Shown here: positions 1 to 10,866 of the stretch, piece by piece | Layout of the letters: every line of letters begins with the position of its first letter | Numbering within the stretch: position 1 is the first letter of the stretch | Source of the DNA: Macrostomum lignano | Taxonomy: Eukaryota | Direction: 5' to 3' | Assembly (NCBI GenBank): GCA_002269645.1 | Contig: NIVC01002408.1 | Coordinates: forward strand, 1 to 28,969 | DNA length: 28,969 nucleotides | Position numbers and translations under genes: made by a program | Notes under the pieces: model-generated | What the model saw: the letters and a program-made list of their open reading frames with translations, nothing else | Database searches by the model: none | Told to the model about the DNA's origin: nothing

Positions 1-218
1 ATATTAAGCCAGAGGTAAAATTGGATCCTTTATTGAGAAATGAACTGATGTACTATTAGAAAACTTTTTGAAAAATTCATACGGTTCTCAAATACGAACC
101 GTCACGAAAGTACATAATCGTGGCTGTACGAGACTCAAAAGTTAAATTCCTGACAGTCGTACTGCACAACACGAAAAGCTTTCAGCGGCACCACTTTGCT
201 CGCTGCCCTCATCTGGCG

Positions 219-494
219 TTACAGGGTGCACCGAAGCAGGCCCTTCAGTCCGTCTGCAGCCACCGACACTTGCGACAAAAACAAGGTGAGCAGACTACGC
301 GTCACGCTTCGACTACGGCGAAGGCGTCGATGACCGGCCTCCTCCAGCTGGTGCCGGGTGCGTGCGTCCAGCTCGACAATCAATGTTGAATCGACATCGA
401 CTTCCTCGTCTGGATGATTGCACTCGGAGTTCTGGCTCTGTTGCTGGCTATGTCTACGAGCGGTGAGCATTGCCGAATCGAGCTGGGCAAGCAC
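219..494 (-). CDS. Candidate terminal exon of a two-exon orphan gene (hypothetical protein, about 147 aa)
   Basis: GC-rich open frame VLAQLDSAML...GLLRCTL* preceded by acceptor ttaatcAG (plus-strand ctg at 495-497). The other two frames after this acceptor close early. It joins in phase 0 with 1689-1856. No family recognised. Confidence 0.5.
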   Translation of the reverse strand: MLAQLDSAMLTARRHSQQQSQNSECNHPDEEVDVDSTLIVELDARTRHQLEEAGHRRLRRSRSVTRSLLTLFLSQVSVAADGLKGLLRCTL

Positions 495-753
495 CTGATT
501 AATTTTTTATTGTAGGATAGCATTGGTAAGTACCAAGTACCGAGTGTAGGCTAAGATAGATAGAATACCAACATCGCGTCTTCCTTGTTTATTCGTTGAG
601 TTCTCGCAAAATAAAATTCAAAAAAGTTATTGTAAGTAGCTTTAATCCACGGTGCCCTAAGATAGACTTTAGAATAAGGCATCGGGATCTTCAAGAAAGT
701 GCTATTAGGATCTTTATTTGGCCTCAAGATCTTTTAGGATGTGGCATTAGGAT

Positions 754-1010
754 CATACATGCGCAACACCCGGCGCGAGGGGCCCAGCCAAGGTAAGTCG
801 CAAAAACGCCCACCTGAAAGAATACACAGGCGTAGTACTAATTAAATGACGAAGCATTTAGCCTTAATAAGACAGTCATAGTTACTCCTGCCGTTTACCC
901 AGAATTGCGTTAATTTTTAATTTCTTTAGGGTTTCTTTCACAGGTAAGTGGCATTTTGGGTCAAAAAGTAAGACGCACCAGTGTAAATCAGGGGGGGTTG
1001 CGCATGTATG
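754..1010. mobile_element. Non-autonomous 8-bp-TSD DNA transposon (hAT- or P-like MITE), 28S-core family, copy 1 (257 bp)
   Basis: Perfect 14-bp TIR CATACATGCGCAAC...GTTGCGCATGTATG. TSD attaggat (746-753) / aataggat (1011-1018). Subterminal AAGT(C/G)GCA motifs. Inserted into the 43-bp minisatellite. Confidence 0.9.
837..900 (-). other. 28S rRNA-derived 64-nt segment inside MITE copy 1 (not a functional rRNA gene)
   Basis: The reverse complement gggtaaacggcaggagtaactatgactgtcttattaaggctaaatgcttcgtcatttaattagt matches the conserved eukaryotic LSU sequence GGGTAAACGGCGGGAGTAACTATGACTCTCTTAAGGTAGCCAAATGCCTCGTCATCTAATTAGT (recalled) at 54/64, ungapped. Confidence 0.85.
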
Positions 1011-1688
1011 AATAGGATTTTTATATGATATGATTATGATTAGGCCTCACTATCTTTTAGTAAAGTGGCATTAGGATCTTTATTTGGACTCGAGATCTTT
1101 TAGTAAAGTGGCATTAGGATCTTTATTTGGACTCGAGATCTTTTAGAAACGTGCCATTAGGATCTTTATTTGGCCTCAGTATCTTTTAGAAACGTGGCAT
1201 TAGGATCTTTATTTGGACTCGAGATCTTTTAGAAACGTGCCATTAGGATCTTTATTTGGACTCGAGATCTTTTAGAAACGTGGCATTAGGATCTTTATTT
1301 TGACTCGAGATCTTTTAGAAACGTGCCATTAGGATCTTTATTTTGACTCGAGATCTTTTAGAAACGTGCCATTAGGATCTTTATTTGGCCTCAGTATCTT
1401 TTAGGAACGTGGCATTAGGATCTTTATTTGGCCTCAAGATCTTTTAGGATGTGGCATTAGGATCGCTTATGATGTGGCTTTAGGATGTTTTGGTATGCGA
1501 CCTCAAAATCTATTAAGGCATCGGGATCTTTAAAGACGTGCTTTTTAGGATCTCTGATGATTTGATATGGCTTCAGAATATTTTTTAGAGTTGGCACTCT
1601 ATCTTTAGATCTTTATTCTTTGGTTAGTACTGCTTTAACTCCGTTGAGTCAATTTTTATTGCATTGAAGACGGACAAAGAAATCTCAC

Positions 1689-1856
1689 CAATCTCTCCTC
1701 GGCAGACAGATCCTCATTATTGTTATTATTATTTCTACTAAGACAGCGGTCACTGCCACCGCTAGTCGATGACTGGCACGAGGGGGCCGCAGGACAATCA
1801 GCATTTGACAGCGACGTGGACGACGATGCAAGCATTGTCGAATGCTCGAAAAACAT
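1689..1856 (-). CDS. Candidate first coding exon of the same orphan gene
   Basis: Frame MFFEHSTML...NNNNNNEDLSAEERL ends at donor TTG|GTGAGA (plus-strand ac at 1687-1688). Splicing the 1194-bp GT-AG intron 495-1688 reads ...EDLSAEERL|VLAQLDSAM... without a frameshift. Confidence 0.45.
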
Positions 1857-2562
1857 TGAAGTGACGTGTCAAATAAAAGTCAGTTTTTTTAGCTTTGTTC
1901 TTTTGACGACTGACTATGATGCAAGTAGACTGGCGGATAGGAGACTTTGCACACCGTTATATATTAGTGACTTTCCAAGGTAAATTTTATTGTTTAACTC
2001 AACTAGGTGAGCAAAAGGTCACAGACGTACTACTCGTACATAGTCATCTGCCATCCAGCCGTCAACGTGTCGTCAGCTTCTGTCTCACACGCACTAAACA
2101 GTTGCCAGCCATACTAAAAAAACTGCCTCAAGCTTAACGGCCTTCTGCTTTTGCAGCAGTGACTGAGGCTTTGTGTGCCGAGTGCTGGCGCCTTTGTGTG
2201 AGCAGGCAATAAACATGGCGCCGCCAAAAATACAGACTCGCTCTAATTAGCTAGCCAGGTATGGCAATGAAATTCGAGGCACCGTAGTATTAGCTGAATC
2301 AAATTAATAAGTTCGAGTTCTCATACACTACAGCCAGTTTCCACGCTCAAATGGATTGTGTAGCTGAGCAGCTTCTGTTTTCCCTAAACGAGTAGATAGC
2401 AACTACTTTACGCGTCTTATACTACTAATAGTATTTGACAGAGCTGTAACCAGTTAAAACCAAAAAGAATGTCGGAATATTTAACTTTTACTACTAATAA
2501 CACAAGAATGCAGCTTTGTGCAAGATCTAGGAACCAAAAAATGTTGGAGCCCTTATCATCAA

Positions 2563-2807
2563 CATACATATACAACTACTAGCCAACCCAGCCAATCTGG
2601 CCAGTGTAAATTGTGAGAGCAAGGATAGGTTGCAAAATTGACCACTTTTGGCGACTTCTGACAAATGTTTAGGCGATTTTTTAAAACTTATTTGACAAAA
2701 ATTGACAACAAATCTTCGTTTTCTTTTGGATAAGTTTAAACCTAAGTTACATTTTAGTAAAAACTAAGTTGTATGGCCAGTGTAATTTTAGAAGTTGCAC
2801 ATGTATG
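2563..2807. mobile_element. Older relative of the CATACATGCGCAAC MITE family lacking the 28S-like core
   Basis: Ends catacatatacaac...gttgcacatgtatg. The terminal 40-50 nt at each end align with copies 2 and 3, mostly via C->T and G->A changes. Degenerate TSD atcatcaa/accattat (5/8). Confidence 0.65.
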
Positions 2808-3418
2808 ACCATTATAATAGCATTTTGCTGTCATTTTAAGCTATGACAAGAGTGGCAGAATGCAACAATTGAGGCAACTACTGTTTGCTGGTCATCAAAG
2901 ACCTAATCTTACAAGCATTCAACTTAGTCCTTGTTCTTTTGGAAGCTGCTTAAGGCTTACAATCATTCTTCTATGAATGATTACTTCTGACACAAGAATG
3001 CAACTTGGGGCAAATGGCAGAAATAGAAGCCAATGCTAGAGCCATTTCTTTATTATTCTTCATGTAGTACAGCAATTATTCTATAATTTTGTGGGTAGAC
3101 AATAGTCATAGTCGGAATATGGCCCACAAAACAATTGATAATAACATACATATCATAACAAAGTTTAGCTTTTCCAATTAATAATCACTATCTTTTACCA
3201 CAATAAAACTGAATGGTTATAAGTGATTTTGGATTAATATTATTGCAATTTTGCTATCACAAATAGGTATTCAAGATTCAAGACACAAAGGGCATTAGCC
3301 AAGAAATTTGAAAAAGGATTATAAATGCTTATTTTTAATGTTTCTTTCAATCCAAGCATTATTAAGGTCAAAGGTTCATAGCTTACTCTTTGATAGACAT
3401 CATACTCAAGGCAATTTC

Positions 3419-3520
3419 TTGGATTCTAAGCCTAGATTTATTAATCCTCTTAGGCCAATTGTTTTGATGACTAATACTTCTGAATACAAATTAGCTAAAT
3501 GCCTTTCACAAATAGTCCCT
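3419..3520 (+). pseudogene. Penelope-like retroelement reverse-transcriptase fragment
   Basis: Translation PLRPIVLMTNTSEYKLAKCLSQIV resembles the PLE RT motif PLRPIVS..G(S/T)P.Y.LAK.L..IL. Short and CpG-decayed. Confidence 0.55.
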
Positions 3521-4768
3521 CACAATTGGCCATTGTATTGACGATTGATCATGTGTATTAAATTGAATTGTATTGAATGTAATTCAAGTATTGGAGACTA
3601 TAACCCTCTAATCTGGACAATGCCTAGGACTAAAAAGATTATAGATGCAGTATATATACCAGTAGAGTACATACCACTCAGGACAGATTTACATTGAATG
3701 CTACTAGTATAGAATAGGAACACTACCAATAAAGGACAACAAATATGCAGATATACTTCGCCTGTCCGGAAAGTCGTGAGAATGTGTCAGTCAAGCAAGA
3801 AAGCAGCAAGCTGATGACATGGCACACATAAAATTTCAATAATAGACTTATATATGTCTATGGTGAAAATTTTTGTTATTCTAGCAGCAAAATTGGGGGC
3901 AGGGGCGAGCTCAGCATAAAGTGCTCAATAACCAATGCAACGCGGTGATCAAGCTTGAAAAATTTAATAGCGAGTTCGTCAAAATGGAAGATTTCCAGGC
4001 TTATACCTATGCTAGATACCGTCTTGGAATCTCTGCTATTAGTTGTTATGACGAACTACTTAAAGTTTATGGAGATGCCGCACCAGGTCAGTCAACGGTT
4101 TACAGATGGTACTCAAAGTTCCGTGATGAAGCATTCCCCCTGGCCTCAGCTCCTCGGACTGGCCGGCCACGGTCAACAAGGACAACGGAACTGATCGAAA
4201 CCTGCCGAGCTCTCGTTGAAGAGGATTCAAAAGTTAGTGTCCGAGACCTCGCCGACTTTTTGGAAGTTGGAAAAACAACAGTGCACGAAATTTCGACCGA
4301 GGATTTGCACATTCGAAACGTTTCTGCCGTCTGGGTTCCTCATGCTCTATCCGAGGAGAACAAGACTGCTCGCATCAATTGTGCCAAGCAAATTCGCAGG
4401 CTTTTTTACAACGAGGGCATGGAAAACTTTTGCGACAAGTATGTGGTGGAAGATGAGACGTGGGTGTACCTGAACAACACTGGCACAAAGCAAAACAACA
4501 GGTGCTGGCTTGGCCAAGGAGATCATCGGCCCCAGGTTGTCAGGCACTCGGTCGGGAATGCAAAGACAATGCTTCTGGTTGCTTTCACTCCAAACAAGCG
4601 CTTGGGGCCAAACAGCCCCGAAGCAAACTGTTGATGCAGATGGCATAGTTAAGTTCATTCGGCACACCGGAGACCTATGGCGTACTCTGAGGTCAAAGCC
4701 AATTCACCTGTTGGATGTTCTTTGGCAGTGGGACAATGCGCGACCTCACGTAGCCCGTTCTGTGCAGC

Positions 4769-5066
4769 CATACATGCGCAACAGTCGGCCGAGTCGGCCG
4801 ATCCGGCCGACTGATTTGGCAGCCAACCAAGGAAGTCGCAAAAATGCCCACCCAAAAAAATACCCCCGTAGTAGTACTAAGTAGCTGACGAGGCATTTTT
4901 GCCTGATAAGACAGTCATAGTTACTCCCGCCGTTTACCCAAAGTTGCGTTAATTTTGCTTTGGGGTTTTTTTACATGTAAGTCGCATTTTTGGCCAAAAA
5001 CTACGTCGCATTTTTGTTAAAACTAAGTCGCACGGCCGACCGAATTTTGGACGTTGCGCATGTATG
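4769..5066. mobile_element. 28S-core MITE copy 2 (298 bp), nested in the mariner transposase
   Basis: Perfect 14-bp TIR. Perfect 8-bp TSD tgtgcagc (4761-4768 and 5067-5074). Four GTCGCA subterminal motifs. Confidence 0.95.
4876..4939 (-). other. 28S rRNA-derived 64-nt segment inside MITE copy 2
   Basis: 53/64 ungapped match to the recalled LSU consensus. The first 27 nt are identical, and 8 of the 11 mismatches form one block replacing AGGTAGCC. Confidence 0.9.
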
Positions 5067-5409
5067 TGTGCAGCAGTACATGGAGTCCCGTGGAGTTCAG
5101 CTGGTGTTTCAGAGTCCTTACAGCCCGGACTTCAATCTGTGCGACCGTTTTTTGTTCAGTTGGATGAAGAATGATTTCTCCAGGCGAGTATTCAGCGACC
5201 ACAATGAAGTTCGAGAAGCTGCGTTGCAGTGGGCAAGAGGCCTTGACGAAGATTGTTTAAAAAGAGAGGTTCAGCGACTCATTGACCATTGCCAAGCTGT
5301 AATAAATGCAAGGGGAGATTACATTACCAACTAGTGCTGTTATTGTGTTTTTTGATAGTTCTGACTGATTTTTTAAATACATTCTCGCGACTTTCCGGAC
5401 AGCCGAAGT

Positions 5410-5590
5410 ATACTCAACAGATACTCAGATATACTCAAACATATACTCAGACAATTACTTACTTTACATACATACTAAGAAAAATATATAAACTAATTTT
5501 AATAAACTTTGGTGGCTTAGCAATGGGATTATCAAGGAGATAGAACTACAAACCCCTAGCATAGCTTGGTGTCAACAGTGAGATTATTAG
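5410..5590 (+). mobile_element. LTR-retroelement-like relic A with paired tRNA-Leu-type primer-binding-site motifs; its upstream part (about 3590-3755) is split off by the mariner
   Basis: tggtggcttagcaatgggat (5510) and tggtgtcaacagtgagat (5567) resemble TGGTGGCAGCGGTGGGAT and TGGTGTCAGAAGTGGGAT (complements of tRNA-Leu 3' ends), after an AATAAA-containing stretch. Confidence 0.45.
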
Positions 5591-6095
5591 AAGTAGAACA
5601 AACTTCTATGACACTATATTGTTTCATTTTTTCTGAAATAAAAATTGCTTTAAAATTGGCTATTTTAAAAACATCTTACAATTATAAGAAATATTTTTGT
5701 TTTAATATTATTTAAAAGCAATGTTATCAATATAGAGGCCTAATAAAATGCTTTAATATGAGATAGGTCTCTTTATTTTATGCAAAAATTAAAATAAAAC
5801 TTGTGTTAAGCCTTGAAGCAATCATTATTATGCAATTAAGAAAAGTTAATAGTGAGTTCCAAAGAAATATCTTAAAGTATTTTTCTAAAGAAGAAGACCT
5901 TAAAGAAGACATTAAGTATCTTAAAGAAGACCAAAGTAAAAAGAAAGAATACAAAGTAGATCCACAATAATACACATAGAACAGAGGCTGTGACAATTTA
6001 ATCTTAGTAATGCCTAAGACTAGAGGTAATATATGAAGTATATATACTAGTAGTAATAAAATTAATACACCACTTAGGCTAGATTTATAAATAAT

Positions 6096-6393
6096 CATAC
6101 ATGCGCAACAGTCGGCCGAGTCGGCCGATCCGGCCGACCGATTTGGCGGCCAATCAAGGAAGTCGCAAAAATGCCCACCCAAAAAATAACCTGAAGAGTA
6201 GTACTAAGTAGCTGACGAGGCATTTTAGCTTAATAAAACAGTCATAGTTACTCCTGCCGTTTACCCAAAGTTGCGTTAATTTTGCTTTCGGGTTTTTTTA
6301 TATGTAAGTCGCATTTTTGGCCAAAAACTACGTCGCATTTTTGTTAAAACTAAGTCGCACGGCTGACCGAATTTTGGAGGTTGCACATGTATG
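6096..6393. mobile_element. 28S-core MITE copy 3 (298 bp)
   Basis: TIR with one mismatch (gttgcacatgtatg). Perfect 8-bp TSD taaataat (6088-6095 and 6394-6401). Roughly 20 differences from copy 2. Confidence 0.95.
6203..6266 (-). other. 28S rRNA-derived 64-nt segment inside MITE copy 3
   Basis: 51/64 ungapped match to the recalled LSU consensus; the same central block is replaced. Confidence 0.85.
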
Positions 6394-6401
6394 TAAATAA
6401 T

Positions 6402-6680
6402 GCTACCAGAACTAATAAGAATGCTATTAGTAGAATAATAAATACCATCAATAAAGAGATAAGACTTACTTAGAATTATACTCAGACTTTTATTGAGAAC
6501 AATACTAAGACTAATACTTGGACAGATTCTCAAACCATTACTTAGATATATACTAAGAATAATTCATAGACCAATTTTAAGAAAGTATAGAATTAGCCTA
6601 GGATAACTTTGGTGGCATTAGTAGGATCATAAAGAGAGAAATATAGCCCTAGGACAAATTGGTAACAATAGTAAAACCAA
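6402..6680 (+). mobile_element. LTR-retroelement-like relic B with paired PBS-like motifs
   Basis: gctaccagaactaataagaatgcta aligns with relic C (about 25460). Motifs tggtggcattagtaggat (6610) and tggtaacaatagtaaaac (6660). Confidence 0.4.
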
Positions 6681-7779
6681 TTATAATTTTAAAGGGAAGA
6701 ACTTTCCCTTGGAACAATTTGGTGTTAGCTTTCAAGGTATTTACAGAGACAGAAGCATTAGGCTATAATAGCAAAAAAGCTTAGAATGCCCACTTGATTG
6801 TACCTAAGGCCAACTTAACTGTAAGGCTAATGAAATTTGAAATTTGCAATACTTACATTACTATCTATGACTATAAGCCAATACTAATAATGATAGCCAA
6901 CACAATGTTAACAATTTGCTATTTAGCCATATATAGGATTTTATAAAATTTTCAAGCTTGCAAACAATGCTTTGAAACTTCTTTTAACTATATAGCCAAT
7001 CATAGCCTACACTTTATAGACCCTAACAACTTTGAACTTCATAATCCACACTAATATCATTGAGGATAAGAGGTCTTACTTAGGCCCATGTCAAGGCCAT
7101 GCATAGCATGCACTTTTAATATTCATATTGAAAGCTATCTAAATGAATATCTATGATGCCAACTCTTTCTAGGAAATGGGTTTAGCAACTTTCTATATTG
7201 GCTACAAAATATTACTATTGATTTCTAACTATAACAATATACTTACCTAACATTTATCAAAATTTTTGTCTGATATTGATAAGTTAATTAAAAAACAATA
7301 ATTTAATACTACAAAGTAGATTGCAAAATTGCCTATTACTATTATTATATTCTATATCAAAGGCTACTAATATGCAGTGTAACGACAGCACATTTTAAAA
7401 ATGATTGAGCAGGACAATTTTTTTGGGCAGCAATATTAGGCATTGCTTTTTGGAAACAAAATTGTTTCATATAAAATAATTAACAAACAGAAAACAAAAA
7501 AATTACATTTTCAGTCATAAAAACTTTTAAAAAACTTTTTTTGAATCCAGTGATTTTTTATTTTTAACTTAGACAATAGCCCTGTGACACTGACACAATT
7601 TTTATACATTTCTAAATTATAGATTTCCCACTTCACTGCGCCAGTTTCACATCATATTCAAATCAAATCATTTGGTCAAATCATATCTCAAATCATGTCT
7701 TACCTTAAATTATATAGATGTTAAGTTTTTACTCATATTATCAACTAGCAATTCACTTCTTTTTCTTTGCAGCTGGCAT

Positions 7780-8480
7780 TTTTTTAACTTGGCTACTTTG
7801 GCACTTCCACAGTTGTTGATCTTGTTGATCCGCCTTTTAAAGCATCTCCTTTGCCACTTTTCTCATTTCATTAATTACCTTTTACTTGGCAGCTTTGTCT
7901 TTTTGTTTTTTGTCTTTTCCCACTCCTTGGCCTTCTGATGCTGCATATTTAGCTTTTTTGAAGGCAGTTCATTACTTCTTCATGCTCCTTTGCCTTAGCC
8001 CTTAGCAGATGCTTTGGCATTTGCATGGGCATTGAAGCTGAGGACCCATAGCAAGCAGTCAATGCAAAAATTGGATGGCTCTTTTCTAAAGGCCTTTAGC
8101 CAAGACTTGATAAACAAAAGACAGTCTAGTGTATAATTGGCCAACTGGTTTTGCTGCTTTGTAAAATTGTTAGCAATCCATTTGATGACCTGCTCATTGT
8201 TGGCATTTCTATGTGGTAGACTGTACGCAGCACAACCAAGCTAGGCTAGCAGTGGAAATTCCTCACATGGCAATGTGGCCCAGAACTTCTCCAGTTCTTT
8301 GACTCTAGCAAGCTCCTCAAATAAAATGACACACAGCTTAATGACCTCTAGTCATAGGTTGTCTAGACAAGCAGGTTCAATTACAGTTAGCATAGGCCTA
8401 GCCTTAGCAATCAGGATGACCATTTTTTCTAAATTCAATTGGTGGTTTCTTCCAAATTTTTGAGCAGATAGTGACATTCA
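7780..8480 (-). pseudogene. hAT-superfamily transposase C-terminal (hATC dimerisation domain) remnant
   Basis: Minus-strand 8103-8300 reads LEKFWATLPCEEFPLLA*LGCAAYSLPHRNANNEQVIKWIANNFTKQQNQLANYTLDCLLFIKS, matching the hATC pattern FW...FP.L..LA...SLPHSNA..ER.FS....K.RNRL...TL..LL. A Lys/Glu-rich tail with stops follows. Confidence 0.75.
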
Positions 8481-9779
8481 TTAGTGTATTTCAAAAATTT
8501 GCGCAATTAAGCAGAAAAATAAAAATACTAAAATAGTACAAAATAGGCCCTATTAAAATAGTGCAGGTAGGCCTATGGTCAGAATGTTAATAGTATGCCA
8601 GGGCAGGGCTAGGCCTATCCTATAGAATAATTTGTTAAATTAGGCCCTAGGCCTAGGTCTATTTTTCACTTGAATTCAATTCCTTTCTATTTTTAGAGTC
8701 CAAAGTATGAAAATAAAAAAAATAATTTAATAAACAATTCTATCTATAGGGTAGCAGCAATAGGCATAGGGCCTAGGCCTAGTCTAATTTTGTCCTTTAT
8801 TTAATTTTTCTTGAAATTTCTCATTAGGCCTATTTTTATTTATATTTATCTTATCTATTCCAATGTTTGCCTTTGGCTTAGGCCTAGCCTTTAGGCTTAA
8901 GTTGCTCAGGGGCCTAGCTAGTGCATGTATAGGCCTATGAAATGGTGCAATAATTGAAAATATAGACTTAGTGAAAAAATAGGCTTAGCAGTTCAACTTC
9001 AATTCAAATGGATTCTTTTAAAGTTTAAGATGTGCTAGTTTTGTCATCTAGGCCCAAGTTTCTGTGAAACTGCCAGAAGGCCTAGGGCCTAGGCTATCAC
9101 AGTTGCATTAATGAACCATAGGCCAAAGGGCCTAGCTAGTCCCTACTAGCCACAAGCAAGCCTAAGCCAGCCATGGAATATTGGCATGGGCATAAGGATT
9201 TATGATAAAACAGTCTCTGCAGTGTTTAGACTTTAGACCCTAGACGCACTAATGCGGGCAAAATCCGAATTTCACAGTTCAATTCAGTCTGAGTGGTATT
9301 TGGTTTAAGGTAGCCTGCTTGCTACATTGGCTGAAAGTAGACCTATATATAATATTATGGCAAGTCCAATTGCGCAACGTCACCTTTTAAATAATGATGT
9401 CACTATATATTATTAAACAGCTGCAATTACGTCTACCATACAGCACAATATTGCTAATAGTGTATATTAACACACTTTTAAAAGTAATAACAGCAGAGGT
9501 TGTATTATAAAGTTTTGAAATTTGTTTAAATTTACTTTTGATTAAAATGATTCGAATGCAGAAATATTATATACATACCGTGCAACAAGCAAAAAAGAAT
9601 ACTAAGAAGACAAAGCTTTGTACTTCAGGCCAACTGTGAATCAAGGACTCGGACTACTCAATTAGAAAGACGGAAAACCGTCGTTTCTTGGAAAGTTTAA
9701 GAAAGCAGGTTTTTTCATCTTTTCCACTTTTCATTCCTGGTTCTGTTTGTCTGGCCGTGTTTTCTGGGAGGTCATCCCG

Positions 9780-10060
9780 CATTGCATGGCTGTAAAAGTA
9801 GAGGTAAATCTGCAATGAACTGGAGCAGGTCGCCCATTTGCTGCGATCCATGTACCCGGGGCATCGGACAAGGTGCTCCTCTTCAACAATGCGCGGACTC
9901 ACAAAGAAATCAACCAAGGCCAAGCTGGCAAGCCTGCTGGGCTTCAGTATTTTGCCCCTCCCACCATATACTCGCCGGACCTCTTGCTATGTGACTACCA
10001 TGTGTTCAGGTCCCTCCAGAACTTTTGCGATGTTCGCAGCAATTCGCAGTTCGCCAACAA
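9780..10060 (+). pseudogene. Degenerate mariner transposase catalytic-domain fragment
   Basis: Frameshifted motifs ICNELEQVAHLLR, LLFNNARTH (DNARPH-like) and YSPDLLLCDYHVFRSLQNF. No TIRs found. Confidence 0.75.
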
Positions 10061-10866
10061 GTAGCGCAGCGTGTAGAGCAAACAGTATAGAAATGGATAG
10101 ATTCTAGGCCTGCGAGCTTCTGGAGAGAGGGGATCGAGGGATTGCTAGCAAGATGAGAGGGGGTCAGAGGGTCATGAATTGCAACTAAATCACATCGCTG
10201 TAAACTGTTCCTGAGACTATTTGTTACAGTTTTCGATGTCAGCAAAGTTGTTATATCACACGAGCTGTGTACTTGTTAAGTACAATCAACGAACAAACTA
10301 GTTTAATCTGTTTTATAATAATTGAAATTTTAACTGAATTAAACACAAAAAAATAAATGAATATATGTAGAAATTAGATGCCGCCTAATTGTACAGCAGT
10401 AAATCATAATAGTTAACTTATTTATCGGATAGATTTGTTATTTCATTTGCACTATTGAATTAATTTACAAATGTCACATAACTTCAACAAATAATCTGTC
10501 AAGATAATTAGAAATAAACAACTAAATAAAATGTACTACTGGATACTAGAACGATATAAGCGGAATAACTTGACTAGTATTGCAAAATAATGAAATTACT
10601 GAGTGCGAAAAAAATGTAATAAAATCGAACTACGGTAGAATATTGCATAATAATAACAATACTGGCATCAGAACAATGCGAGCTATGAATGTATTTTCTA
10701 AAATATTAGCCCACAGAAGACAAACCCGCTAATAAATCATTAGACTGCCTTGCTAGATATTCTTTAATAATTTAATAAAATGTGAGAATATAGCATTATT
10801 ACGCGTATGTGACTATAAATAGAAATGGAAAATCAATATAGCAGTAACACAGTAAACGCTTATAGA

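Larger units (their letters stand above)
690..1470. repeat. 43-bp minisatellite, about 10 good copies plus degenerate flanking copies, interrupted by MITE copy 1
   Basis: Unit gtggcattaggatctttatttggactcgagatcttttagaaac; starts at 1065 and 1108 give period 43. Confidence 0.9.
3984..5334 (+). pseudogene. Mariner transposase pseudogene (frameshift near 4600-4610; MITE insertion 4769-5066)
   Basis: HTH region (QSTVYRWYSKFR, RTGRPRS), WVPHAL, DETW, DNARPH and YSPDFNLCD. Removing the MITE plus one TSD restores ARSVQQYMESRG and a D-x34-D spacing. Ends RGDYITN*. Confidence 0.93.
3756..5408 (+). mobile_element. Tc1/mariner (DD34D mariner) DNA transposon, inactivated
   Basis: TA TSD at 3754-3755 and 5409-5410. 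30-bp TIR cttcg(c/g)ctgtccggaaagtcg(t/c)gagaatgt with 2 mismatches. Internal transposase. Confidence 0.95.

Noticed and set aside
4510-6182. ORFs 4655-4855, 4693-4896, 5778-6182 and the MITE-derived parts of 4510-4884 and 4990-5334
   Set aside because: They are read-through into or antisense to MITE and transposase sequence, not independent genes.
6740-7300. Possible CR1/L2 LINE 3' end
   Set aside because: Only a vague resemblance; no continuous translatable motif could be recovered from the decayed sequence.
9305-9315. Exact TTAAGGTAGCC (R2/I-PpoI core)
   Set aside because: An isolated 11-mer with no flanking 28S similarity; plausibly chance, and no matching inverted end was found.
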